Source of the DNA: the human T2T-CHM13v2.0 reference genome, Homo sapiens
Assembly (NCBI RefSeq): GCF_009914755.1
Contig: NC_060925.1
DNA length: 64,000 nucleotides
Reading direction: 5' to 3' (one strand)
The position numbers and the translations under genes are program-made. Shown here one piece after another: positions 27,801 through 43,360 of this stretch. Under the pieces are notes generated by a model that saw only the letters and a program-made list of their open reading frames with translations, did not search any database and was not told the origin of the DNA. How positions within the stretch are numbered: position 1 is the first letter of the stretch; each line of letters opens with the position of its first letter.

Positions 27801-28916
27801 ATCATCATCAAATGGAACCGAATGGAATCCTCATTGAATGGAAATGAAAGGGGTCATCATCTAATGGAATCGCATGGAATCATCATCAAATGGAATCGAA
27901 TGGAATCATCATCAAATGGAATCTAATGGAATCATTGAACAGAATTGAATGGAATCGTCATCGAATGAATTGAATGCAATCATCGAATGGTCTCGAATGG
28001 AATCATCTTCTAATGGAAAGGAATGGAATCATCGCATAGAATCGATTGGAATTATCATCGAATGGAATCGAATGGTATCAACACCAAACGGAAAAAAACG
28101 GAATTATCGAATGGAATCGAAGAGAATCTTCGAACGGACCCGAATGGAATCATCTAATGGAATGGAATGGAATAATCCATGGACTCGAATGCAATCATCA
28201 TCGAATGGAATCGAATGGAATCATCGAATGGACTCGAATGGAATAATCATTGAACGGAATCGAATGGAATCATCATCGGATGGAAACGAATGGAATCATC
28301 ATCGAATGGAAATGAAAGGAGTCATCATCTAATGGAATTGCATGGAATCATCATAAAATGGAATCGAATGGAATCAACATCAAATGGAATCAAATGGAAT
28401 CATTGAACGGAATTGAATGGAATCGTCATCGAATGAATTGACTGCAATCATCGAATGGTCTCGGAATCATCTTCAAATGGAATGGAATGGAATCATCGCA
28501 TAGAATCGAATGGAATTATCATCGAATGGAATGGAATGGAATCAACATCAAACGGAAAAAAACGGAATTATCGAATGGAATCGAAGAGAATCATCGAATG
28601 GACCCGAATGGAATCATCTAATGGAATGGAATGGAATAATCCATGGACTCGAATGCAATCATCATCGAATGGAATCGAATGGAATCATCGAATGGACTCG
28701 AATGGAATAATCATTGAACGGAATCGAATGGAATCATCATCGGATGGAAATGAATGGAATCATCATCGAATGGAATCGAATAGAATTATGGAATGAAATC
28801 CAGTGTGATCATCATCGAATGGACCCGAATGGAATCATCATCCAACGGAAGCTAATGGAATCAACATCGAATGAATCGAATGGAAACACCATCGAATTGA
28901 AACGAATGGAATTATC

Positions 28917-30224
28917 ATGAAATTGAAATGGATGGACTCATCATCGAATGGATTCGAATGGAATCATCGAATAAAATTGATTGAAATCATCATCGAATGG
29001 AATCGAATGGTATCATTGAATGGAATCGAATGGAATCATCATCAGATGGAAATGAATGGAATCGTCATAGAATGGAATCGAATGGATTCATTGAATGGAA
29101 TCAGATGGAATCATCGAATGGACTGGAATGGAATCATTGAATGGACTCGAAAGGGATCATGATTGAATGGAATTGAATGGAATCATCGAATGGTCTCGAT
29201 TGGAATCATTATCAAATGGAATCGAATGGAATCACCGAATAGAATCGAATGGAACAATCATCGAATGGACTCAAATGGAATTATCCTCAAATGGAATCGA
29301 ATGGAATTATCGAATGCAATCGAATGGAATTATCGAATGCAATCGAATAGAATCATCGAATGGACTCGAATGGAATCATCGAATGGAATGGAATGGAACA
29401 GTCAATGAACTCGAATGGAATCATCATTGAATGGAATCGAATGGAATCATCGAGTGGAATCGAATGGAATTATGATCAAATGGAATCGAATGTAATCATC
29501 ATCAAATGGAATCAAAAATAACCATCATCAATTGGTATTGAATGGAATTGTCATCAAATGGAATTCAAAGGAATCATCATCAAATGGAACCGAATGGAAT
29601 CCTCATTGAATGGAAATGAAAGGGGTCATCATCTAATGGAATCGCATGGAATCATCACCAAATGGAATCGAATGGAATCATCATCAAATGGAATCTAATG
29701 GAATCATTGAACAGAATTGAATGGAATCGTCATCGAATGAATTGACTGCAATCATCGAATGGTCTCGAATGGAATCATCTTCAAATGGAATGGAATGGAA
29801 TCATGGCATAGAATCGAATGGAATTATCATCGAATGGAATCGAATGGAATCAACATCAAACGGAAAAAAACGGAATTATCGAATGGAATCGAAGAGAATC
29901 ATCGAATGGACCCGAATGGAATCATCTAATGGAATGGAATGGAATAATCCATGGACTCGAATGCAATCATCATCGAATGGAATCGAATGGAATCATCGAA
30001 TGGACTCGAATGGAATAATCATTGAACGGAATCGAATGGAATCATCATCAGATGGAAATGAATGGAATCATCATCGAATGGAATCGAATAGAATTATGGA
30101 ATGAAATCCAGTGTGATCATCATCGAATGGACCCGAATGGAATCATCATCCAAAGGAAGCTAATGGAATCAACATCGAATGAATCAAATGGAAACACCAT
30201 CGAATTGAAACGAATGGAATTATC
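28917..30224 (+). repeat. 1,308-bp short monomer (one 468-bp subunit missing)
   Basis: Landmark spacing is 1,308 = 1776-468. The A-type lead-in GAACAGAATTG is followed directly by B-type TTGACTGCAATC at ~29710-29750. Confidence 0.9.
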
Positions 30225-33200
30225 ATGAAATTGAAATGGATGGACTCATCATCGAATGGATTTGAATGGAATCATCGAATAAAATTGATTGAAATCATCA
30301 TCGAATGGAATCGAATGGTATCATTGAATGGAATCGAATGGAATCATCATCAGATGGAAATGAATGGAATCGTCATAGAATGGAATCGAATGGATTCATT
30401 GAATGGAATCAGATGGAATCATCGAATGGACTGGAATGGAATCATTGAATGGACTCGAAAGGGATCATGATTGAATGGAATTGAATGGAATCATCGAATG
30501 GTCTCGATTGGAATCATTATCAAATGGAATCGAATGGAATCACCGAATAGAATCGAATGGAACAATCATCGAATGGACTCAAATGGAATTATCCTCAAAT
30601 GGAATCGAATGGAATTATCGAATGCAATCGAATGGAATTATCGAATGCAATCGAATAGAATGATCGAATGGACTCGAATGGAATCATCGAATGGAATGCA
30701 ATGGAACAGTCAATGAACTCGAATGGAATCATCATTGAATGGAATCGAATGGAATCATCGATTGGAATCGAATGGAATTATGATCAAATGGAATCGAATG
30801 TAATCCTCATCAAATGGAATCAAAAATAACCATCATCAATTGGTATTGAATGGAATTGTCATCAAATGGAATTCAAAGGAATCATCATCAAATGGAACCG
30901 AATGGAATCCTCATTGAATGGAAATGAAAGGGGTCATCATCTAATGGAATCGCATGGAATCATCATCAAATGGAATCGAATGGAATCATCATCAAATGGA
31001 ATCTAATGGAATCATTGAACAGAATTGAATGGAATCGTCATCGAATGAATTGAATGCAATCATCGAATGGTCTCGAATGGAATCATCTTCTAATGGAAAG
31101 GAATGGAATCATCGCATAGAATCGAATGGAATTATCATCGAATGGAATCGAATGGTATCAACACCAAACGGAAAAAAACGGAATTATCGAATGGAATCGA
31201 AGAGAATCTTCGAACGGACCCGAATGGAATCATCTAATGGAATGGAATGGAATAATCCATGGACTCGAATGCAATCATCATCGAATGGAATCGAATGGAA
31301 TCATCGAATGGACTCGAATGGAATAATCATTGAACGGAATCGAATGGAATCATCATCGGATGGAAACGAATGGAATCATCATCGAATGGAAATGAAAGGA
31401 GTCATCATCCAATGGAATTGCATGGAATCATCATAAAATGGAATCGAATGGAATCAACATCAAATGGAATCAAATGGAATCATTGAACGGAATTGAATGG
31501 AATCGTCATCGAATGAATTGACTGCAATCATCCAATGGTCTCGAATGGAATCATCTTCAAATGGAATGGAATGGAATCATCGCATAGAATCGAATGGAAT
31601 TATCATCGAATGGAATCGAATGGAATCAACATCAAACGGAAAAAAACGGAATTATCGAATGGAATCGAAGAGAATCATCGAATGGACCCGAATGGAATCA
31701 TCTAATGGAATGGAATGGAATAATCCATGGACTCGAATGCAATCATCATCGAATGGAATCGAATGGAATCATCGAATGGACTCGAATGGAATAATCATTG
31801 AACGGAATCGAATGGAATCATCATCGGATGGAAATGAATGGAATCATCATCGAATGGAATCGAATAGAATTATGGAATGAAATCCAGTGTGATCATCATC
31901 GAATGGACCCGAATGGAATCATCATCCAACGGAAGCTAATGGAATCAACATCGAATGAATCGAATGGAAACACCATCGAATTGAAACGAATGGAATTATC
32001 ATGAAATTGAAATGGATGGACTCATCATCGAATGGATTCGAATGGAATCATGGAATAAAATTGATGGAAATCATCATCCAATGGAATCGAATGGTATCAT
32101 TGAATGGAATCGAATGGAATCATCATCAGATGGAAATGAATGGAATCGTCATAGAATGGAATCGAATGGATTCATTGACTGGAATCAGATGGAATCATCG
32201 AATGGACTGGAATGGAATCATTGAATGGACTCGAAAGGGATCATGATTGAATGGAATTGAATGGAATCATCGAATGGTCTCGATTGGAATCATTATCAAA
32301 TGGAATCGAATGGAATCACCGAATAGAATCGAATGGAACAATCATCGAATGGACTCAAATGGAATTATCCTCAAATGGAATCGAATGGAATTATCGAATG
32401 CAATCGAATGGAATTATCGAATGCAATCGAATAGAATCATCGAATGGACTCGAATGGAATCATCGAATGGAATGGAATGGAACAGTCAATGAACTCGAAT
32501 GGAATCATCATTGAATGGAATCGAATGGAATCATCGAGTGGAATCGAATGGAATTATGATCAAATGGAATCGAATGTAATCATCATCAAATGGAATCAAA
32601 AATAACCATCATCAATTGGTATTGAATGGAATTGTCATCAAATGGAATTCAAAGGAATCATCATCAAATGGAACCGAATGGAATCCTCATTGAATGGAAA
32701 TGAAAGGGGTCATCATCTAATGGAATCGCATGGAATCATCACCAAATGGAATCGAATGGAATCATCATCAAATGGAATCTAATGGAATCATTGAACAGAA
32801 TTGAATGGAATCGTCATCAAATGATTTGAATGCAATCATCGAATGGTCTCGAATGGAATCATCTTCTAATGGAAAGGAATGGAATCATCGCATAGAATCG
32901 AATGGAATTATCATCGAATGGAATCGAATGGTATCAACACCAAACGGAAAAAAACGGAATTATCGAATGGAATCGAAGAGAATCTTCGAACGGACCCGAA
33001 TGGAATCATCTAATGGAATGGAATGGAATAATCCATGGACTCGAATGCAATCATCATCGAATGGAATCGAATGGAATCATCGAATGGACTCGAATGGAAT
33101 AATCATTGAACGGAATCGAATGGAATCATCATCGGATGGAAACGAATGGAATCATCATCGAATGGAAATGAAAGGAGTCATCATCTAATGGAATTGCATG

Positions 33201-35920
33201 GAATCATCATCAAATGGAATCGAATGGAATCAACATCAAATGGAATCTAATGGAATCATTGAACAGAATTGAATGGAATCGTCATCGAATGAATTGACTG
33301 CAATCATCGAATGGTCTCGAATGGAATCATCTTCAAATGGAATGGAATGGAATCATGGCATAGAATCGAATGGAATTATCATCGAATGGAATCGAATGGA
33401 ATCAACATCAAACGGAAAAAAACGGAATTATCGAATGGAATCGAAGAGAATCATCGAATGGACCCGAATGGAATCATCTAATGGAATGGAATGGAATAAT
33501 CCATGGACTCGAATGCAATCATCATCGAATGGAATCGAATGGAATCATCGAATGGACTCGAATGGAATAATCATTGAACGGAATCGAATGGAATCATCAT
33601 CAGATGGAAATGAATGGAATCATCATCGAATGGAATCGAATAGAATTATGGAATGAAATCCAGTGTGATCATCATCGAATGGACCCGAATGGAATCATCA
33701 TCCAAAGGAAGCTAATGGAATCAACATCGAATGAATCAAATGGAAACACCATCGAATTGAAACGAATGGAATTATCATGAAATTGAAATGGATGGACTCA
33801 TCATCGAATGGATTTGAATGGAATCATCGAATAAAATTGATTGAAATCATCATCGAATGGAATCGAATGGTATCATTGAATGGAATCGAATGGAATCATC
33901 ATCAGATGGAAATGAATGGAATCGTCATAGAATGGAATCGAATGGATTCATTGAATGGAATCAGATGGAATCATCGAATGGACTGGAATGGAATCATTGA
34001 ATGGACTCGAAAGGGATCATGATTGAATGGAATTGAATGGAATCATCGAATGGTCTCGATTGGAATCATTATCAAATGGAATCGAATGGAATCACCGAAT
34101 AGAATCGAATGGAACAATCATCGAATGGACTCAAATGGAATTATCCTCAAATGGAATCGAATGGAATTATCGAATGCAATCGAATGGAATTATCGAATGC
34201 AATCGAATAGAATGATCGAATGGACTCGAATGGAATCATCGAATGGAATGCAATGGAACAGTCAATGAACTCGAATGGAATCATCATTGAATGGAATCGA
34301 ATGGAATCATCGATTGGAATCGAATGGAATTATGATCAAATGGAATCGAATGTAATCCTCATCAAATGGAATCAAAAATAACCATCATCAATTGGTATTG
34401 AATGGAATTGTCATCAAATGGAATTCAAAGGAATCATCATCAAATGGAACCGAATGGAATCCTCATTGAATGGAAATGAAAGGGGTCATCATCTAATGGA
34501 ATCGCATGGAATCATCATCAAATGGAATCGAATGGAATCATCATCAAATGGAATCTAATGGAATCATTGAACAGAATTGAATGGAATCGTCATCGAATGA
34601 ATTGAATGCAATCATCGAATGGTCTCGAATGGAATCATCTTCTAATGGAAAGGAATGGAATCATCGCATAGAATCGAATGGAATTATCATCGAATGGAAT
34701 CGAATGGTATCAACACCAAACGGAAAAAAACGGAATTATCGAATGGAATCGAAGAGAATCTTCGAACGGACCCGAATGGAATCATCTAATGGAATGGAAT
34801 GGAATAATCCATGGACTCGAATGCAATCATCATCGAATGGAATCGAATGGAATCATCGAATGGACTCGAATGGAATAATCATTGAACGGAATCGAATGGA
34901 ATCATCATCGGATGGAAACGAATGGAATCATCATCGAATGGAAATGAAAGGAGTCATCATCCAATGGAATTGCATGGAATCATCATAAAATGGAATCGAA
35001 TGGAATCAACATCAAATGGAATCAAATGGAATCATTGAACGGAATTGAATGGAATCGTCATCGAATGAATTGACTGCAATCATCCAATGGTCTCGAATGG
35101 AATCATCTTCAAATGGAATGGAATGGAATCATCGCATAGAATCGAATGGAATTATCATCGAATGGAATCGAATGGAATCAACATCAAACGGAAAAAAACG
35201 GAATTATCGAATGGAATCGAAGAGAATCATCGAATGGACCCGAATGGAATCATCTAATGGAATGGAATGGAATAATCCATGGACTCGAATGCAATCATCA
35301 TCGAATGGAATCGAATGGAATCATCGAATGGACTCGAATGGAATAATCATTGAACGGAATCGAATGGAATCATCATCGGATGGAAATGAATGGAATCATC
35401 ATCGAATGGAATCGAATAGAATTATGGAATGAAATCCAGTGTGATCATCATCGAATGGACCCGAATGGAATCATCATCCAACGGAAGCTAATGGAATCAA
35501 CATCGAATGAATCGAATGGAAACACCATCGAATTGAAACGAATGGAATTATCATGAAATTGAAATGGATGGACTCATCATCGAATGGATTCGAATGGAAT
35601 CATGGAATAAAATTGATGGAAATCATCATCCAATGGAATCGAATGGTATCATTGAATGGAATCGAATGGAATCATCATCAGATGGAAATGAATGGAATCG
35701 TCATAGAATGGAATCGAATGGATTCATTGACTGGAATCAGATGGAATCATCGAATGGACTGGAATGGAATCATTGAATGGACTCGAAAGGGATCATGATT
35801 GAATGGAATTGAATGGAATCATCGAATGGTCTCGATTGGAATCATTATCAAATGGAATCGAATGGAATCACCGAATAGAATCGAATGGAACAATCATCGA
35901 ATGGACTCAAATGGAATTAT
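29690..35920 (+). repeat. Recent local duplication of a two-monomer block (offset 3,552 bp)
   Basis: About 11 variants, most of them private, recur at exactly +3552: TCATGGCATAG, CATCAGATGG, CAAAGGAAGC, GGATTTGAAT, GAATGATCG, GGAATGCAATGG, CGATTGG, CATCCAATGGAATTG, CATGGAATAAAATTGATGG and CATTGACTGG. Confidence 0.88.
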
Positions 35921-38900
35921 CCTCAAATGGAATGGAATGGAATTATCGAATGCAATCGAATGGAATTATCGAATGCAATCGAATAGAATCATCGAATGGA
36001 CTCGAATGGAATCATCGAATGGAATGGAATGGAACAGTCAATGAACTCGAATGGAATCATCATTGAATGGAATCGAATGGAATCATCGAGTGGAATCGAA
36101 TGGAATTATGATCAAATGGAATCGAATGTAATCATCATCAAATGGAATCAAAAATAACCATCATCAATTGGTATTGAATGGAATTGTCATCAAATGGAAT
36201 TCAAAGGAATCATCATCAAATGGAACCGAATGGAATCCTCATTGAATGGAAATGAAAGGGGTCATCATCTAATGGAATCGCATGGAATCATCATCAAATG
36301 GAATCGAATGGAATCATCATCAAATGGAATCTAATGGAATCATTGAACAGAATTGAATGGAATCGTCATCGAATGAATTGAATGCAATCATCGAATGGTC
36401 TCGAATGGAATCATCTTCTAATGGAAAGGAATGGAATCATCGCATAGAATCGAATGGAATTATCATCGAATGGAATCGAATGGTATCAACACCAAACGGA
36501 AAAAAACGGAATTATCGAATGGAATCGAAGAGAATCTTCGAACGGACCCGAATGGAATAATCTAATGGAATGGAATGGAATAATCCATGGACTCGAATGC
36601 AATCATCACCGAATGGAATCGAATGGAATCATCGAATGGACTCGAATGGAATAATCATTGAACGGAATCGATTGGAATCATCATCGGATGGAAACGAATG
36701 GAATCATCATCGAATGGAAATGAAAGGAGTCATCATCTAATGGAATTGCATGGAATCATCATAAAATGGAATCGAATGGAATCAACATCAAATGGAATCA
36801 AATGGAATCATTGAACGGAATTGAATGGAATCGTCATCGAATGAATTGACTGCAATCATCCAATGGTCTCGAATGGAATCATCTTCAAATGGAATGGAAT
36901 GGAATCATCGCATAGAATCGAATGGAATTATCATCGAATGGAATCGAATGGAATCAACATCCAACGGAAAAAAACGGAATTATCGAATGGAATCGAAGAG
37001 AATCATCGAATGGACCCGAATGGAATCATGTAATGGAATGGAATGGAATAATCCATGGACTCGAATGCAATCATCATCGAATGGAATCGAATGGAATCAT
37101 CGAATGGACTCGTATGGAATAATCATTGAACGGAATCGAATGGAATCATCATCGGATGGAAATGAATGGAATCATCATCGAATGGAATCGAATAGAATTA
37201 TGGAATGAAATCCAGTGTGATCATCATCGAATGGACCCGAATGGAATCATCATCCAACGGAAGCTAATGGAATCAACATCGAATGAATCAAATGGAAACA
37301 CCATCGAATTGAAACGAATGGAATTACCATGAAATTGAAATGGATGGACTCATCATCGAATGGATTAATGGAATCATCGAATAAAATTGATTGAAATCAT
37401 CATCGAATGGAATCGAATGGTATCATTGAATGGAATCGAATGGAATCATCATCAGATGGAAATGAATGGAATCGTCATAGAATGGAATCGAATGGATTCA
37501 TTGAATGGAATCAGATGGAATCATCGAATGGACTGGAATGGAATCATTGAATGGACTCGAAAGGGATCATGATTGAATGGAATTGAATGGAATCATCGAA
37601 TGGTCTCGATTGGAATCATTATCAAATGGAATCGAATGGAATCACCGAATAGAATCGAATGGAACAATCATCGAATGGACTCAAATGGAATTATCCTCAA
37701 ATGGAATCGAATGGAATTATCGAATGCAATCGAATGGAATTATCGAATGCAATCGAATAGAATCATCGAATGGACTCGAATGGAATCATCGAATGGAATG
37801 GAATGGAACAGTCAATGAACTCGAATGGAATCATCATTGAATGGAATCGAATGGAATCATCGAGTGGAATCGAATGGAATTATGATCAAATGGAATCGAA
37901 TGTAATCATCATCAAATGGAATCAAAAATAACCATCATCAATTGGTATTGAATGGAATTGTCATCAAATGGAATTCAAAGGAATCATCATCAAATGGAAC
38001 CGAATGGAATCCTCATTGAATGGAAATGAAAGGGGTCATCATCTAATGGAATCGCATGGAATCATCATCAAATGGAATCGAATGGAATCATCATCAAATG
38101 GAATCTAATGGAATCATTGAACAGAATTGAATGGAATCGTCATCGAATGAATTGAATGCAATCATCGAATGGTCTCGAATGGAATCATCTTCTAATGGAA
38201 AGGAATGGAATCATCGCATAGAATCGAATGGAATTATCATCGAATGGAATCGAATGGTATCAACACCAAACGGAAAAAAACGGAATTATCAAATGGAATC
38301 GAAGAGAATCTTCGAACGGACCCGAATGGAATCATCTAATGGAATGGAATGGAATAATCCATGGACTCGAATGCAATCATCATCGAATGGAATCGAATGG
38401 AATCATCGAATGGACTCGAATGGAATAATCATTGAACGGAATCGAATGGAATCATCATCGGATGGAAACGAATGGAATCATCATCGAATGGAAATGAAAG
38501 GAGTCATCATCTAATGGAATTGCATGGAATCATCATAAAATGGAATCGAATGGAATCAACATCAAATGGAATCAAATGGAATCATTGAACGGAATTGAAT
38601 GGAATCGTCATCGAATGAATTGACTGCAATCATCCAATGGTCTCGAATGGAATCATCTTCAAATGGAATGGAATGGAATCATCGCATAGAATCGAATGGA
38701 ATTATCATCGAATGGAATCGAATGGAATCAACATCAAACGGAAAAAAACGGAATTATCGAATGGAATCGAAGAGAATCATCGAATGGACCCGAATGGAAT
38801 CATCTAATGGAATGGAATGGAATAATCCATGGACTCGAATGCAATCATCATCGAATGGAATCGAATGGAATCATCGAATGGACTCGAATGGAATAATCAT

Positions 38901-41682
38901 TGAACGGAATCGAATGGAATCATCATCGGATGGAAATGAATGGAATCATCATCGAATGGAATCGAATAGAATTATGGAATGAAATCCAGTGTGATCATCA
39001 TCGAATGGACCCGAATGGAATCATCATCCAACGGAAGCTAATGGAATCAACATCGAATGAATCAAATGGAAACACCATCGAATTGAAACGAATGGAATTA
39101 TCATGAAATTGAAATGGATGGACTCATCATCGAATGGATTCGAATGGAATCATCGAATAAAATTGATTGAAATCATCATCGAATGGAATCGAATGGTATC
39201 ATTGAATGGAATCGAAAGGAATCATCATCAGATGGAAATGAATGGAATCGTCATAGAATGGAATCGAATGGATTCATTGAATGGAATCAGATGGAATCAT
39301 CGAATGGACTGGAATGGAATCATTGAATGGACTCGAAAGGGATCATTATTGAATGGAATTGAATGGAATCATCGAATGGTCTCGATTGGAATCATTATCA
39401 AATGGAATCGAATGGAATCACCGAATAGAATCGAATGGAACAATCATCGAATGGACTCAAATGGAATTATCCTCCAATGGAATGGAATGGAATTATCGAA
39501 TGCAATCGAATGGAATTATCGAATGCAATCGAATAGAATCATCGAATGGACTCGAATGGAATCATCGAATGGAATGGAATGGAACAGTCAATGAACTCGA
39601 ATGGAATCATCATTGAATGGAATCGAATGGAATCATCGAGTGGAATCGAATGGAATTATGATCAAATGGAATCGAATGTAATCATCATCAAATGGAATCA
39701 AAAATAACCATCATCAATTGGTATTGAATGGAATTGTCATCAAATGGAATTCAAAGGAATCATCATCAAATGGAACCGAATGGAATCCTCATTGAATGGA
39801 AATGAAAGGGGTCATCATCTAATGGAATCGCATGGAATCATCATCAAATGGAATCGAATGGAATCACCATCAAATGGAATCTAATGGAATCATTGAACAG
39901 AATTGAATGGAATCGTCATCGAATGAATTGAATGCAATCATCGAATGGTCTCGAATGGATTCATCTTCTAATGGAAAGGAATGGAATCATCGCATAGAAT
40001 CGAATGGAATTATCATCGAATGGAATCGAATGGTATCAACACCAAACGGAAAAAAACGGAATTATCGAATGGAATCGAAGAGAATCTTCGAACGGACCCT
40101 AATGGAATCATCTAATGGAATGGAATGGAATAATCCATGGACTCGAATGCAATCATCATCGAATGGAATCGAATGGAATCATCGAATGGACTCGAATGGA
40201 ATAATCATTGAACGGAATCGATTGGAATCATCATCGGATGGAAACGAATGGAATCATCATCGAATGGAAATGAAAGGAGTCATCATCTAATGGAATTGCA
40301 TGGAATCATCATAAAATGGAATCGAATGGAATCAACATCAAATGGAATCAAATGGAATCATTGAACGGAATTGAATGGAATCGTCATCGAATGAATTGAC
40401 TGCAATCATCCAATGGTCTCGAATGGAATCATCTTCAAATGGAATGGAATGGAATCATCGCATAGAATCGAATGGAATTATCATCGAATGGAATCGAAGG
40501 GAATCAACATCCAACGGAAAAAAACGGAATTATCGAATGGAATCGAAGAGAATCATCGAATGGACCCGAATGGAATCATGTAATGGAATGGAATGGAATA
40601 ATCCATGGACTCGAATGCAATCATCATCGAATGGAATCGAATGGAATCATCGAATGGACTCGAATGGAATAATCATTGAACGGAATCGAATGGAATCATC
40701 ATCGGATGGAAATGAATGGAATCATCATCGAATGGAATCGAATAGAATTATGGAATGAAATCCAGTGTGATCATCATCGAATGGACCCGAATGGAATCAT
40801 CATCCAACGGAAGCTAATGGAATCAACATCGAATGAATCAAATGGAAACACCATCGAATTGAAACGAATGGAATTATCATGAAATTGAAATGGATGGACT
40901 CATCATCGAATGGATTCGAATGGAATCATCGAATAAAATTGATTGAAATCATCATCGAATGGAATCGAATGGTATCATTGAATGGAATCGAATGGAATCA
41001 TCATCAGATGGAAATGAATGGAATCGTCATAGAATGGAATCGAATGGATTCATTGAATGGAATCAGATGGAATCATCGAATGGACTGGAATGGAATCATT
41101 GAATGGACTCGATAGGGATCATTATTGAATGGAATTGAATGGAATCATCGAATGGTCTCGATTGGAATCATTATCAAATGGAATCGAATGGAATCACCGA
41201 ATAGAATCGAATGGAACAATCATCGAATGGACTCAAATGGAATTATCCTCAAATGGAATCGAATGGAATTATCGAATGCAATCGAATGGAATTATCGAAT
41301 GCAATCGAATAGAATCATCGAATGGACTCGAATGGAATCATCGAATAGAATGGAATAGAACAGTCAATGAACTCGAATGGAATCATCATTGAATGGAATC
41401 GAATGCAATCATCGAGTGGAATCGAATGGAATTATGATCAAATGGAATCGAATGTAATCATCATCAAATGGAATCAAAAATAACCATCATCAATTGGTAT
41501 TGAATGGAATTGTCATCAAATGGAATTCAAAGGAATCATCATCAAATGGAACCGAATGGAATCCTCATTGAATGGAAATGAAAGGGGTCATCATCTAATG
41601 GAATCGCATGGAATCATCATAAAATGGAATCGAATGGAATCAACATCAAATGGAATCAAATGGAATCATTGAACGGAATTGA

Positions 41683-42277
41683 ATGGAATCGTCATCGAAT
41701 GAATTGGATGCAATCATCGAATGGTCTCGAATGGAATCTTCTTCAAATGGAATGGAATGGAATCATCGCATAGAATCGAATGGAATTATCATCGAATGGA
41801 ATCGAATGGAATCAACATCAAACGGAAAAAAACGGAATTATCGAATGGAATCGAAGAGAATCATCGAATGGACCCGAATGGAATCATCTAATGGAATGGA
41901 ATGGAATAATCCATGGACTCGAATGCAATCATCATCGAATGGAATCGAATGGAATCATCGAATGAACTCGAATGGAATCATCATTGAATGGAATCGAATG
42001 GAATCATCGAGTGGAATCGAATGGAATTATGATCAAATGGAATCGAATGTAATCATCATCAAATGGAATCAAAAATAACCATCATCAATTGGTATTCAAT
42101 GGAATTGTCATCAAATGGAATTCAAAGGAATCATCATCAAATGGAACCGAATGGAATCCTCATTGAATGGAAATGAAAGGGGTCATCATCTAATGGAATC
42201 ACATGGAATCATCATCAAATGGAATCGAATGGAATCTTCATCAAATGGAATCTAATGGAATCATTGAACAGAATTGA
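41683..42277 (+). repeat. 595-bp chimeric truncated segment, copy 2
   Basis: The same junction occurs at ~41961, followed by the same downstream private SNPs as copy 1 (GGTATTCAATG, GGAATCACATGG, GGAATCTTCATC, TATCGAAAGG) at offset 19,781. Confidence 0.88.
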
Positions 42278-42745
42278 ATGGAATCGTCATCGAATGAATT
42301 GAATGCAATCATCGAATGGTCTCGAATGGAATCATCTTCTAATGGAAAGGAATGGAAACATCGCATAGAATCGAATGGAATTATCATCGAATGGAATCGA
42401 ATGGTATCAACATCAAACGGAAAAAAACGGAATTATCGAAAGGAATCGAAGAGAATCTTCGAACGGACCCGAATGGAATCATCTAATGGAATGGAATGGA
42501 ATAATCCATGGACTCGAATGCAATCATCATCGAATGGAATCGAATGGAATCATCGAATGGACTCGAATGGAATAATCATTGAACGGAATCGAATGGAATC
42601 ATCATCGGATGGAAACGAATGGAATCATCATCGAATGGAAATGAAAGGAGTCATCATCTAATGGAATTGCATGGAATCATCATAAAATGGAATCGAATGG
42701 AATCAACATCAAATGGAATCAAATGGAATCATTGAACGGAATTGA

Positions 42746-43360
42746 ATGGAATCGTCATCGAATGAATTGACTGCAATCATCGAATGGTCTCGAATGTAAT
42801 CACATTCTAATGGAAAGGAATGGAATCATCGCATAGAATCGAATGGAATTAACATTGAATGGACTCGAATGGAATCAACATCAAACGGAATCAAGCGGAA
42901 TTATCGAATGGAATCGAAGAGAATCATCGAATGGTCTCGAATGGAATCATCTTCTAATGGAAAGGAATGGAATCATCGCATAGAATCGAATGGAATTAAC
43001 ATTGAATGGACTCGAATGGAATCAACATCAAATGGAATCAAGCGGAATTATCGAATGAAATCGAAGAGAATCATCGAATGGACTCGAATGGAATCATCTA
43101 ATGGAATGGAATGGAATAATCCACGGACTCGAATGCAATCATCATCGTATAGAATCGAATGGAATCATCGAATGGACTCGAATGGAATAATCATTGAACG
43201 GAAGCGAATGGAATCATCATCGGATGGAAACGAATGGAATCATCATCGAATGGAAATGAAAGGAGTCATCATCTAATGGAATTGCATGGAATCATCATAA
43301 AATGGAATCGAATGGAATCAAAATCAAATGGAATCAAATGGAATCATTGAACGGAATTGA
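42746..43360 (+). repeat. Divergent 615-bp extra module, copy 3
   Basis: Same diagnostic motifs (CGAATGTAATCACATTC at 42791). Interval 40879-43865 = 1776+595+615 = 2986. Confidence 0.9.
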
